A stretch of DNA of 64,000 nt from a virus, in IMG/VR virus record IMGVR_UViG_3300032163_000002, positions 64,001-128,000 of that record; one strand, given 5' to 3'. A model generated the notes under the pieces. The model was not told the origin of the DNA and did not search any database. It saw only the letters and a program-made list of their open reading frames with translations. A program made the position numbers and the translations under genes. Within the stretch, counting starts at the first letter, position 1. Each line of letters opens with the position of its first letter. Of the stretch, positions 8,909-17,924 are shown piece after piece.

Positions 8909-10045
8909 TCAAACTCTCCCGTTACGCATAACCGTTTCCAGAAATTCCCGCCCCACTTCAAGGAGATTTTCTTCTGTAACTCCACTCGGTAATCCCTTAC
9001 TGTCTTTCATGTATCCAATGTATTTCCGCAAAACCTCATTCACACCTTCAACACCAGTAAAAGAAATTCGAGTAAGTTGGGCTCCAGAAGAAGCCGCAAG
9101 CCGAAGAGAAATCGTATCAGGAACCTGCCGCGCAAGTATATCAAACATTGTAGGTTCACCTTTCCATTCAACACGATAATATGTCCCGAGAATCGCCGTG
9201 TCTTCCTCCAACATAGTTAATTGCACGACATTATCCACCTGTTGAACAACAAAACGCGGAGAATATTTATCTTCAATATGTTCGAAAGTTTCCGTATCTT
9301 CGTGATAAACAAGCCAACCGGGCGTGTAAGTTCGCTCACCAAAATTATGCTGAACCAGCCCTCCAACATAAATTACAGGAGCAGGAGCAACAAGAGCTTG
9401 GTGCTCGTGGTAATGCCCGGTAACAACTGCTATCGCCTCTTTTGGCACGTCCGTCTCCGGGTTCAATCCCTCACGCATGATGAATTCGTGTGGTCCCGTC
9501 TTAGCTCCAGAAAAAGACTGATGCGCAATGATGATCGGGGGGCGCTCAAATGACTGCGTAGCCACGGCCTGCATGAGGCGCTGAGCTTCCTTCATCCATT
9601 GCTCTCGTGAAGCCGTGTAAGGAATGACACAGTAAGGCGTCTGAATACCCCCCAACCGGGTCACAGCAGGCTCGTTGAAGACGACAGCGCTCCCCATCGC
9701 ATAGAGTGCGTGCAGCCCGTCATAAGACTGCCTTCCCTGTCGGTCTACGACATCATGATTCCCGGCCATGACATATATCTTCACCCCGGCTTCCTGTGCC
9801 ATTCTGAATGCTTTCGAAACAGCATTGAAGACCGCTACGTTGATTATTCCACGTCGATGAAATACATCTCCGGGAATGAAAATAACCGGAATACCATGAG
9901 CTTGTGCATAAGCCACTGCCCGCAAAAACGCTTCTAAAATTCGCACCATACGGGAATTACATCCCGGATAATTAGGGGAAGCATCCGGAGTAGAAAATTC
10001 CGAGTGATTATCGAAATGTGTGTCCGACAGAAAGAGCACGTCCAT
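8909..10045 (-). CDS. sbcD: SbcD/Mre11-like metallophosphoesterase nuclease (gp47-like)
   Basis: SDTH, GDVFH, GNHD, AHQ, GHYH motifs. Confidence 0.92.
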   Translation of the reverse strand: MDVLFLSDTHFDNHSEFSTPDASPNYPGCNSRMVRILEAFLRAVAYAQAHGIPVIFIPGDVFHRRGIINVAVFNAVSKAFRMAQEAGVKIYVMAGNHDVVDRQGRQSYDGLHALYAMGSAVVFNEPAVTRLGGIQTPYCVIPYTASREQWMKEAQRLMQAVATQSFERPPIIIAHQSFSGAKTGPHEFIMREGLNPETDVPKEAIAVVTGHYHEHQALVAPAPVIYVGGLVQHNFGERTYTPGWLVYHEDTETFEHIEDKYSPRFVVQQVDNVVQLTMLEEDTAILGTYYRVEWKGEPTMFDILARQVPDTISLRLAASSGAQLTRISFTGVEGVNEVLRKYIGYMKDSKGLPSGVTEENLLEVGREFLETVMRNGRV

Positions 10046-10065
10046 TATTTTTATGCCTCACCCAT

Positions 10066-10557
10066 TCACTTATAGAACATCACCGGATCATTGTCCGCCA
10101 GAAACGCCGAATAATCGAAAGGTATTTGCAAAACCTCTTTCACCGATATATCTGGACCTTCAAATTGCATCAGTGTATCCCGGAACAACCAAACATACTT
10201 CGGAAGCAAAATAGCTCCTGATGCAAATTCAATTCCTTTTTGAAGTGGTCTCCATAACCCAAGATCACGACGGGTCGGATCAACGTCATTCGGCTTAGCT
10301 TCACTAAGCCCCCAATGTTTTGTAACGGGGATCGCTGATGTCCCATAAATATGACGTGGGGCAGCATCCGGGACATCTACCCAACCATAGGTGCGCTTCT
10401 ATTTCCAAATTAACCACAAAAGTCCCCTCGCCATAGAGGCATTCAACGACCTTCGATAAACCTTATCAATTCTTTCACACAGGGGGCACTTAACCCAATC
10501 TCCTTTAATTATTTCATTGATGAAATGCTCCCTAGCGGCGTCAAGGCTTAATGGCAT
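10066..10557 (-). pseudogene. 163-codon phage protein gene (CxxC plus winged-helix-like) with one in-frame TAG at 10399-10401; pseudogene or amber readthrough
   Basis: manual translation MPLSLDAARE...KCPLCE...WLIWK*KRTYGW...KHWGL...GLWRPLQKGIEF...PFDY...FYK; RBS GAGGG; fills an otherwise empty 530-bp gap. Confidence 0.75.
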
Positions 10558-10578
10558 TCGCGTTAAACCCTCTTCAGT

Positions 10579-10842
10579 TCACGAAAGACAGAAATCACGC
10601 TTGAAGTCTTCGTTTGAAACAACCACGTAATTCAAAGGACGAACTTCTACAATCCAATCTCCGGGAAATGCGAGTGCCCCATATATGCAACCGATATGTG
10701 ATACCAGCAGCCCTTTATTACGCCCCCAGCCAAAAAATTGAGTACCATTAAATCCAGAGTGACTCGCCCAATCCTGCACCTTAGAAACATTTTCTCTCGT
10801 TAGTTGAATAGCCCTTACATATTGTATGTAGGAGGTGTCCAC
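10579..10842 (-). CDS. small phage protein (PGDWI-type), paralog of 11114-11401
   Basis: DWASHSGFNG and WIVE(V/I)RPL are shared with the neighbour. Confidence 0.75.
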   Translation of the reverse strand: MDTSYIQYVRAIQLTRENVSKVQDWASHSGFNGTQFFGWGRNKGLLVSHIGCIYGALAFPGDWIVEVRPLNYVVVSNEDFKRDFCLS

Positions 10843-10843
10843 G

Positions 10844-11095
10844 TTAATTTCCCCCTAATACTTGTTGCTGCTTTTCTTTCTCTCCGGGTTCCACCAGCCA
10901 GATCCGCAACCCCTCGCGCCCTGAATTCCAGAACCCGCCCGGTTTTTTACAGCAAGGGCACATAGAAGAACCGGTGCCATTCTGTGTTACGTTATTTTGA
11001 TAGGTGCAATGATAACAGTAGAAAATCTGATCTCCCACATTCGCCTGCGATAGATCAGGCCAGTGAAAAAGTGGAACTTTCAGCTTTTCCCACAT
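10844..11095 (-). CDS. small Zn-ribbon protein
   Basis: CYHC...CPCC. Confidence 0.65.
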   Translation of the reverse strand: MWEKLKVPLFHWPDLSQANVGDQIFYCYHCTYQNNVTQNGTGSSMCPCCKKPGGFWNSGREGLRIWLVEPGEKEKQQQVLGGN

Positions 11096-11113
11096 GCTCC
11101 AGCTTCCTACCTC

Positions 11114-11401
11114 TTATATGCATTCCAAGAAATCATGACAGAAATCGTCATTACTAATGACCACATAATCTAAAGGCCGAATTTCAACAATCCAGTTCGA
11201 CGGAAGCGCCCAAGAATACTTCACACACCGAACACTGTTTACTTCCATGCCTATGAACCTAACACCGTTTATTTCCATACCCTTTGTGCTCCACCCGTAA
11301 AAGACAACACCATTAAACCCCGAGTGAGAAGCCCAATCCACCACTTCCTGTGCGTTATCCCATAGCACTTTAATAGCGCGCACTTTATAAAGATATAACA
11401 T
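11114..11401 (-). CDS. small phage protein, paralog of 10579-10842
   Basis: start reassigned to ATG 11401 (TGATG coupling). Confidence 0.75.
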   Translation of the reverse strand: MLYLYKVRAIKVLWDNAQEVVDWASHSGFNGVVFYGWSTKGMEINGVRFIGMEVNSVRCVKYSWALPSNWIVEIRPLDYVVISNDDFCHDFLECI

Positions 11402-11871
11402 CAGGCACTTTCCACAGGAAGAACTTTTTTCGCAAAATGAGTCATGATTCGTCCGCATTGATCTACGCTGTAAATCGGAATCCACATAGCAAATAAATAG
11501 CAAGAAGGGGCAACTAGCGCAAGATCCTTTTCAATCTCTCGAACCAAACATTTCGTATATCGTTTTGAAAAATCCTCTCCGCCAAATCGCTCACGTATTT
11601 TTTTAGGGCGAGACATGATAACGATGCCTTCAAGCTCTGGCATCGGACCCCCCGCAGCGTACAACTTCAACCTGTCAGAATCTCTCAACGGAAAATTCGA
11701 GAATACCTCACGCACGAAATCGTCTAGAGTATTCGGAGTAATGACCCCTACAAATGGCAACTTGTAGTTACCTCTATTTATTCCCTCGCGGGAGTCAGAG
11801 CTACCACTTGACTCTAGACAAGTCTTAATTTGCTTCCGTTGATTTTCTACAAGAAGATCCACGTCAAACAT
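11401..11871 (-). CDS. hypothetical protein
   Basis: 156-aa ORF in the operon. Confidence 0.65.
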   Translation of the reverse strand: MFDVDLLVENQRKQIKTCLESSGSSDSREGINRGNYKLPFVGVITPNTLDDFVREVFSNFPLRDSDRLKLYAAGGPMPELEGIVIMSRPKKIRERFGGEDFSKRYTKCLVREIEKDLALVAPSCYLFAMWIPIYSVDQCGRIMTHFAKKVLPVESA

Positions 11872-12073
11872 GATAAGCCTTCCCCAAAGTAAAAGTCACA
11901 AATTCAGGGGTAGAAACAAAGGAAGAAAAAAAAGCAACAGGCTCAGGTTCACGTCTTGTTCCACAATATTCACATGGCTTACTGATCAGCCAGCAATACA
12001 ACGAAACGTTATAAGGAGAAGCCCCCTTCGGCATTCTGAAAGGGGCTCCGCAGTTCTTGCAGTTCTTAAACAA
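11864..12073 (-). CDS. small Zn-finger protein
   Basis: CKNCGAP...CEYCG; start uncertain (TTG 12073 overlapping the upstream stop). Confidence 0.55.
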   Translation of the reverse strand: MFKNCKNCGAPFRMPKGASPYNVSLYCWLISKPCEYCGTRREPEPVAFFSSFVSTPEFVTFTLGKAYHV

Positions 12074-12317
12074 GATACGATCCTGTATGTACAACCCCGT
12101 TTTTTTCCTGCCCCCACTCAAGCTCCTCATCCACTTCGGCGCCACAATCCTTCCTAAATTTCCAACCAACATTCGAAGGGCCACAATAAATGAATTTCTC
12201 GTCAACTTCGGTGACACGAAGCTTCATTGGTTTCATTGCCGCCCGCCCCAATTTAGCAGAAGCAAACATGCGGTGAATGATATCACCAACTTTAACGTAT
12301 TCGAACTTCAATTCCAT
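12066..12317 (-). CDS. conserved phage hypothetical protein
   Basis: VKVGD...MKLRVTEVDEKFIYCG...WKF...GAEVDEEL pattern. Confidence 0.7.
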   Translation of the reverse strand: MELKFEYVKVGDIIHRMFASAKLGRAAMKPMKLRVTEVDEKFIYCGPSNVGWKFRKDCGAEVDEELEWGQEKNGVVHTGSYLV

Positions 12318-12320
12318 GAA

Positions 12321-12605
12321 TTACTTCCCGGTCGTTGCTCCACTATCATCAGATTCCGGAACTTCACCCCCCTCTTCCGGCTCACCTGTCATTTCATCAA
12401 ACGCATCCATGAAAGTCACGCTCGGGTCCGGATATTGTGCCGGGTCTGGACGTGCTCCCATTGCCGTGATGAGGGCGCAAAATCCAGCTTGCAGAGTTTT
12501 TGAAATGGAAACGGCTTGCGCATGATGCATCGCTAACAGCACAATCAAATCGTCCGGCGTCAAGCTATTGATCTGTGCTTCTGGCTCTTTCTTCCTACGC
12601 CCCAT
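12321..12605 (-). CDS. hypothetical protein
   Basis: 94-aa ORF with acidic C-terminus. Confidence 0.65.
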   Translation of the reverse strand: MGRRKKEPEAQINSLTPDDLIVLLAMHHAQAVSISKTLQAGFCALITAMGARPDPAQYPDPSVTFMDAFDEMTGEPEEGGEVPESDDSGATTGK

Positions 12606-13698
12606 CGACTTCCTCCTCTTCTATCGCTGCGACGAAAGCAGGGGGTTCCATAGCCAACTTCCGAAGCTCTGTGTGAATTTTTTGAATATCAGGTGTAACA
12701 AATCCTGCTACAAAATCTGCCCTACGAAACTTTCCACCGTAAACTTTATGTGAAAAGAATCCCGGTGATTCCTTGATGAAAACCCCACGGGATACACCAA
12801 AATCAAAAACACTAGCTGGATAATTGATGCCCTTGTTGAAGTAAAACTCAAACATAGCCTTCCCGAACGGAGCAGCAACTTTATTTTTCTTGATTGTAGC
12901 TTCAATTTCGATGCCAATGATCGGCGCCGTCTTATCATCATCCGTCCCGCTAACCTTAATTGCCTTGGCCTTCCGCAGAATAATCCGCTGCGAAGCATAA
13001 AATTTCATCGCTCGCCCGCCGGGAGTATCATCCGGATCACCAAACATCACTCCAATTTTAGTCCGAGATTGATTCAGCAAAAGCAGCGTCGTTTGTGTCT
13101 TCGTGATGGTGGGATTCAATTTTCTGAGTCCCGATGAAACCGCCCGTGCCTGTTCCGCCATTTGTTTATCTTCATATTCAGCGTCAAGCTGAGACTTCGT
13201 CTGCGAAGCCGCAACAGAATCTACGACAAACAAAAACGGACATGTTTCGTTCTGCTCACGCACGCCTTCGGCAAATGCTTCGATGATTCCGAAAAGATGC
13301 TCCAAAGTATCAGGCCGAGACAAGTAGAAATTATTTTCCACATCCACGCCTAACGTTTTGAAATAACTCTCGTGCGCTGTCTGCTCCATGTCACCATAAA
13401 CCACGCACCCACCCATTTTCTGACATTCACGAGCTATGTGCGCAGCAATCGACGTTTTTCCTTCAGATTCATTTCGACTGAAAAGTTCGATGATACGCCC
13501 ACCAGCTATTCCACCACCAAGCACCGCATCAAAATTTAAGGCTCCTGTAGAAATCCAATAAGGTATATTCGTCACTCCACCGACTGCCCCTGAAAGACGA
13601 ATCGCCGCCTCCGGCCCGTATCTTTTCTGAATGCCTTTCACTACCCCCTTGAAAAGATCAAGAGGCGCTTTTACGCCCCCCTCATCTCTTTCTGCCAT
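12595..13698 (-). CDS. recA: RecA/UvsX recombinase
   Basis: STG..LGGG..GRIIE, GKT, DSVAA, NQ.R.KIGVMFG, TPGGRAMKFYAS, KNKVAAP. Confidence 0.95.
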   Translation of the reverse strand: MAERDEGGVKAPLDLFKGVVKGIQKRYGPEAAIRLSGAVGGVTNIPYWISTGALNFDAVLGGGIAGGRIIELFSRNESEGKTSIAAHIARECQKMGGCVVYGDMEQTAHESYFKTLGVDVENNFYLSRPDTLEHLFGIIEAFAEGVREQNETCPFLFVVDSVAASQTKSQLDAEYEDKQMAEQARAVSSGLRKLNPTITKTQTTLLLLNQSRTKIGVMFGDPDDTPGGRAMKFYASQRIILRKAKAIKVSGTDDDKTAPIIGIEIEATIKKNKVAAPFGKAMFEFYFNKGINYPASVFDFGVSRGVFIKESPGFFSHKVYGGKFRRADFVAGFVTPDIQKIHTELRKLAMEPPAFVAAIEEEEVDGA

Positions 13699-13699
13699 T

Positions 13700-14758
13700 T
13701 TAACTAACCGCCTTCCCCATCCGCGCAGTAACCCGAGCCCTAAGCGCCTTCAGATCCATGCCTGTGAGAACAGAAGGAGCGGTAGGAGCGGTAGGAGCGG
13801 TAGGAGCGGTAGGAGCGGTAGGAGCGGTAGGAGCGGTAGGAGCGGTAGGAACGACGGGGGACACTGGAATGACCGGCACCGGGGCACCAAAGGCCGCAGA
13901 ACCCCCTGAAACCACCGGAGGAACAACAAGAACAGGCGAGATAACCGGAATTGTAGAAGCCTCCACAGGAACAGCCGCAGAAAACATTCCAAAAGCACCG
14001 GGAACAGTTTCAGGAATACCCACCTCAACAGGTATATCTACTCCACCAGTGACAGGCAGAACGCCAGCCGAAGTCATAGGCAAAACTTTCTGACTTCCAA
14101 AGTAAGCCTCATCAACTCCAAGAAAACGCGCGATGACTTTTTGAAGCTTCTCCTTTGATTCAACCTTGATCTCTTCCGTAAGATCCTTGGCGGTACTGAA
14201 AAGCGCAAGAGTCTCAGCATCCGTCCGAAAAACCGGGCAGCGATTTTGAAGTAGCTGCACCGTGTATGTGACAAGTTTTCCAACACCCTGCCTTTTCAAG
14301 AGCATGTCGATTCCAGTCTTCAAATTGAGTACGTCTGGAAAATGCTCCATGTCCATGATGTAGGCAAGAAATTGCTCTTGCACTTTCCTCCCGCATTTGT
14401 AAACCTTGACTCCTTCTTTCTCTTTATTCCGCACGATGAGATTCCAGAGAAAGACTTTCTTTGGTTGAATAGAAGCGCCGACTTCCTGCTCGACCGGATC
14501 AGGGCTTTTCTTCAACCTGCGCGACTCGTGACAAATCGGACATGCTTCTTCGAGACCGGGCATGCCGAGACAATAAAAGCTTTGATTCACATCGCCCCCG
14601 ACAAAATGATCCACAGCCTCTACCCAAGGAACCTGTGCGTCCGGCCAACCGGGAAGCAGCCGAATATGATTTTGTCCGGACTCGGGACGGAAAAAGCCAC
14701 CAGCAGATTTTGTGAAATGTTCGTACAACGCGCGCATTTTAGCAATGTCGAGTGTCAT
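13700..14758 (-). CDS. single-stranded DNA-binding protein (gp32-like) with Pro/Thr/Ala-rich tail
   Basis: FFRP..G.NHIRLLP, H..YC..CPIC zinc site; located between recA and the UvsY-like gene. Confidence 0.75.
   Translation of the reverse strand: MTLDIAKMRALYEHFTKSAGGFFRPESGQNHIRLLPGWPDAQVPWVEAVDHFVGGDVNQSFYCLGMPGLEEACPICHESRRLKKSPDPVEQEVGASIQPKKVFLWNLIVRNKEKEGVKVYKCGRKVQEQFLAYIMDMEHFPDVLNLKTGIDMLLKRQGVGKLVTYTVQLLQNRCPVFRTDAETLALFSTAKDLTEEIKVESKEKLQKVIARFLGVDEAYFGSQKVLPMTSAGVLPVTGGVDIPVEVGIPETVPGAFGMFSAAVPVEASTIPVISPVLVVPPVVSGGSAAFGAPVPVIPVSPVVPTAPTAPTAPTAPTAPTAPTAPTAPSVLTGMDLKALRARVTARMGKAVS
13775..13846. repeat. 8 x 9-bp perfect tandem repeat (aggagcggt) encoding (TAP)8
   Basis: direct inspection. 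Confidence 0.95.
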
Positions 14759-14825
14759 GAAAATTTATCCTTTCAGATTGTGGTTAGTTTTCTTTTTTAA
14801 TTCGCGCGTAATACAAATCCATATT

Positions 14826-15326
14826 TCAGACACCTCCTCTGTGCCTGATGTACTCTCTACCCATTTGTTCGATCTCAGAACGGATATGCGCACCAAGAGA
14901 AATTAAAACGGAGCCTTTTTCACGAATCGCCTCAAAAGCACGGCGGGTCAATTCAGCCTGTGCTTTAAGTGCGTCTACTCGTTGCCGCCGAGAAATGTAT
15001 TCCTCATCAGCCATTACGAGTTGCTTGATGAAAGTTTCAGTCACTTTAACTTTTTCTTCCACACATTGTCGAGCTTCGTTACAAGCTTTTGCTTCAAAAA
15101 TTTCGAGTTCTGTTTTCGCGGTCTCGTAACTATTATTTGCTTGCTGGTATATTACACCAAACCACGCGAGAAGTGCAGGTTGCTTTGAAAATTCAGCAGT
15201 GATATTTTCTGAGTCAATATAGCTGTCAGCAACTAAGTCGATGTGATAAGTTTTTCCTTGAACGATGACAGGAAAACGAAGAATTGATTGATCGTGTGAA
15301 AAAGGATGAGATGCCGGAAGCGACAT
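14826..15326 (-). CDS. UvsY-like recombination mediator
   Basis: helical protein with ID..NI..EF..QP and KVTE..I..V..DEEY patterns; next to SSB and recA. Confidence 0.6.
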   Translation of the reverse strand: MSLPASHPFSHDQSILRFPVIVQGKTYHIDLVADSYIDSENITAEFSKQPALLAWFGVIYQQANNSYETAKTELEIFEAKACNEARQCVEEKVKVTETFIKQLVMADEEYISRRQRVDALKAQAELTRRAFEAIREKGSVLISLGAHIRSEIEQMGREYIRHRGGV

Positions 15327-15329
15327 ATA

Positions 15330-17924
15330 TTACTCCCACTCGAATTCCCTTACCGCACCCCAATCAGGACCTTCCGAACCAGAGACTCTAAGAGGCACTC
15401 CGGGAGATTCAGGGCCGTCGATAAACGGGAGTCCGAGGTGTTCAAAAATTTCCTTGATCTTGTAGGCAACCTCAAGAAGCTCATCGTTAGGGACCGAAAG
15501 AACCACGGAGTCATGGACCGTGGCTAGAATATGCGCCCGACTCTTACCGTTGTCAAGCCATTCCATCAGCCGAATGAGGCTCCATAGGCAGATATCTGAG
15601 GCATCTGCTTGGATTGGCGAGTTCACTCCTCTACGAAGAGCCGCATTGATCCGACCTACATTGGCAGGCACATTCGGCAAAAGGGCATCAGAGAGTATCC
15701 GGCGCCTACCGAAACGGGATTCGGAGTAACCCATCTTCTTGACTTGACGCTGAACTTTCTCGATCCATTCGTTCAGGATAGGATAACGAGCCTTATAAGA
15801 CTGGATAAATAATTCTGCCTCCGTCTCTGTCACTCCAAGCTGTTCGGCAATTTTTCTAGCTCCCGCCCCGTACAGAATTGCGAAATTCAAAGTTTTTGCT
15901 TTCTGACGCAACGGCTTGTTAGCTTCAGTTTTCATCTCCTTCGGATCTTTCCCGAAAATTTCTGCACCAACTGCTGAGTGAATATCATAACCTGCTTTGA
16001 AGGCCGCAACCAGCTTGGGGTCTTCGCTATGGATAGCAGTTACAACATATTCCAGTGTCGTGAAGTCGATATCAAGAATGACAGAATTCTCATCATCTGG
16101 AACAAAGACGTGTCGTAAATCAGGATCTTTTGGGATCTGCTGACAATTTCCAGCAGGACCAGAACTCGACAGTCTTCCAGTTATTGCCCCCGAACTATCA
16201 TCTTCCGTTTCATTGAAAAAAGAAACGAGATTATACCGAAAATGAAGGCGTCCATCCTGTGCCATGCCCCGCTTCCAACGATCATAAAAGGTCGTGTAAA
16301 GCTTTTCGACCTTACGATGCTCCAACATGAGTGGAATGGACGGGTGTTGATCTTTCAATTTCGTAAGCGCGGCTTTTGCCGTTGAAGGCATACCCTTCGG
16401 AGTCACAAAAGTTTGTGGGAGATGAAGCACCTGATAAAGCAACGTACGCAGATGCGGGTTGCTCGTCATAATAAATTCTTGTTCCGTAATTTCCTTGAAA
16501 GTATCAAGTGCCGATCCAAGCGTTTTCACAATCTCCGTTTCAATACGAGCCTGTTCTTTCAAAAGACTTTGCCCATATTCTTCTAATCGTTTAGAATCCA
16601 GCTTCCAACCATATGTCTCAATACGAGATAACGCATTCGATGCCTTTGCAAGAAACTCCGAAAGAAAACCCAACCGTGTTTGTTTCTTCGAAAAGAGTTC
16701 AGGAAGAAAATGCTCTGCCAACCGATAGGTCACATCCGCATCAAGACAACCGTACCAGAACAGTATTTCAAGCGGATAATGGTAAGAATCATTTTCCTGA
16801 TCCACATTTTCATTACCTATCGCCACATCCACAAGGCGTTTCTCCTGCTCATATCCTCCGTAAGGTGTAACCTCCCACGCAATTTTCTTCAACGACCGAG
16901 CGGGTAAACCACGACGCAGATGATCATAAATCATGCCATCAAAGAAAATTTGAGGAGCAACTCCAAGAGCGGCCAAGACAGCAACCTGATCGAATTTCGC
17001 ATTAAACGCAACCAGCTTTCCTTTATAGTTTGAAAAAAATCGGTGCATCTGCTCGCAAACGACTTCATACCATTGCGCTTGATCCCCAACCAATGTAGGC
17101 ACCTCTTTATGCACGACAGGAAGAAAAAAAGCTTCACCTACCTTGTCACTAAATTGAATCGAAGAAATAAAGCACTCTGGTGATGAACCATCAATAATAT
17201 GCCAAGGGTCCAAGCCCCGCGTCTCCGTATCGAATGCAACAAGCGGAGCCCTCAAAAGACGTGTCACCATTGCCTTGAGAGCAACAAGCTTCGTTACCAG
17301 TCTGTAAGTCTTCGCATGTGTGCGCTTATGTTCGTCCAGAGAAAATGGCTTCCAACCGGGCGTCGCAAAATTCTTGGCAAGGACAAGATCGAAAGCAAGG
17401 GCTTCACAGTCCGAAGCCGAGATGAGCGCTTGATAAGAATGTACGGTCGGGATTACTTTAACAATACGCTTATCAAAAAAAATATCGTGAATCTGTCCAC
17501 GTAACATACCAGATTTTGTTAACGGAATTACCAGAGTAGCCGCCGTCGCCAATTTCCCAAGAGAGACAATGACCTGCACCTCCGGATGTTTATCAATCTC
17601 TTCTCGCAACCACGGACGACACGCATTCAATTCCGTTTTTCCAAGCTTATACCCGTTAAATGGAATCGAACATCGAGTCGCATAGGTAAATGCTATTGAA
17701 GCTGCGTCTATTCCAACATTCTGAAGGATAGAACGAAGAAGTACATGCTTATCTTCGCCCGTGAAGAGCTTTCCAGAATCGGTTTCAATGACTCCCGGAT
17801 TATCCCCAGCAATTAAAAGACGAGCATTCGCGGGGCCATCCCAACGCACGGGTATTAAATTGCGATTAACTCGCCCCTCAAAAAGAGGGCACTTTTCACA
17901 AACATCCAGAGGATTTATAGACAT
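15330..17924 (-). CDS. polA: family A DNA polymerase with N-terminal uracil-DNA glycosylase-like domain and 3'-5' exonuclease
   Basis: CEKCPL...GDNPG..E (UDG family 4), DTETRGLD, FNAKFD, YGCLD, TGRLSS, RQKAKTLNFAILYG, VHDS. Confidence 0.93.
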   Translation of the reverse strand: MSINPLDVCEKCPLFEGRVNRNLIPVRWDGPANARLLIAGDNPGVIETDSGKLFTGEDKHVLLRSILQNVGIDAASIAFTYATRCSIPFNGYKLGKTELNACRPWLREEIDKHPEVQVIVSLGKLATAATLVIPLTKSGMLRGQIHDIFFDKRIVKVIPTVHSYQALISASDCEALAFDLVLAKNFATPGWKPFSLDEHKRTHAKTYRLVTKLVALKAMVTRLLRAPLVAFDTETRGLDPWHIIDGSSPECFISSIQFSDKVGEAFFLPVVHKEVPTLVGDQAQWYEVVCEQMHRFFSNYKGKLVAFNAKFDQVAVLAALGVAPQIFFDGMIYDHLRRGLPARSLKKIAWEVTPYGGYEQEKRLVDVAIGNENVDQENDSYHYPLEILFWYGCLDADVTYRLAEHFLPELFSKKQTRLGFLSEFLAKASNALSRIETYGWKLDSKRLEEYGQSLLKEQARIETEIVKTLGSALDTFKEITEQEFIMTSNPHLRTLLYQVLHLPQTFVTPKGMPSTAKAALTKLKDQHPSIPLMLEHRKVEKLYTTFYDRWKRGMAQDGRLHFRYNLVSFFNETEDDSSGAITGRLSSSGPAGNCQQIPKDPDLRHVFVPDDENSVILDIDFTTLEYVVTAIHSEDPKLVAAFKAGYDIHSAVGAEIFGKDPKEMKTEANKPLRQKAKTLNFAILYGAGARKIAEQLGVTETEAELFIQSYKARYPILNEWIEKVQRQVKKMGYSESRFGRRRILSDALLPNVPANVGRINAALRRGVNSPIQADASDICLWSLIRLMEWLDNGKSRAHILATVHDSVVLSVPNDELLEVAYKIKEIFEHLGLPFIDGPESPGVPLRVSGSEGPDWGAVREFEWE

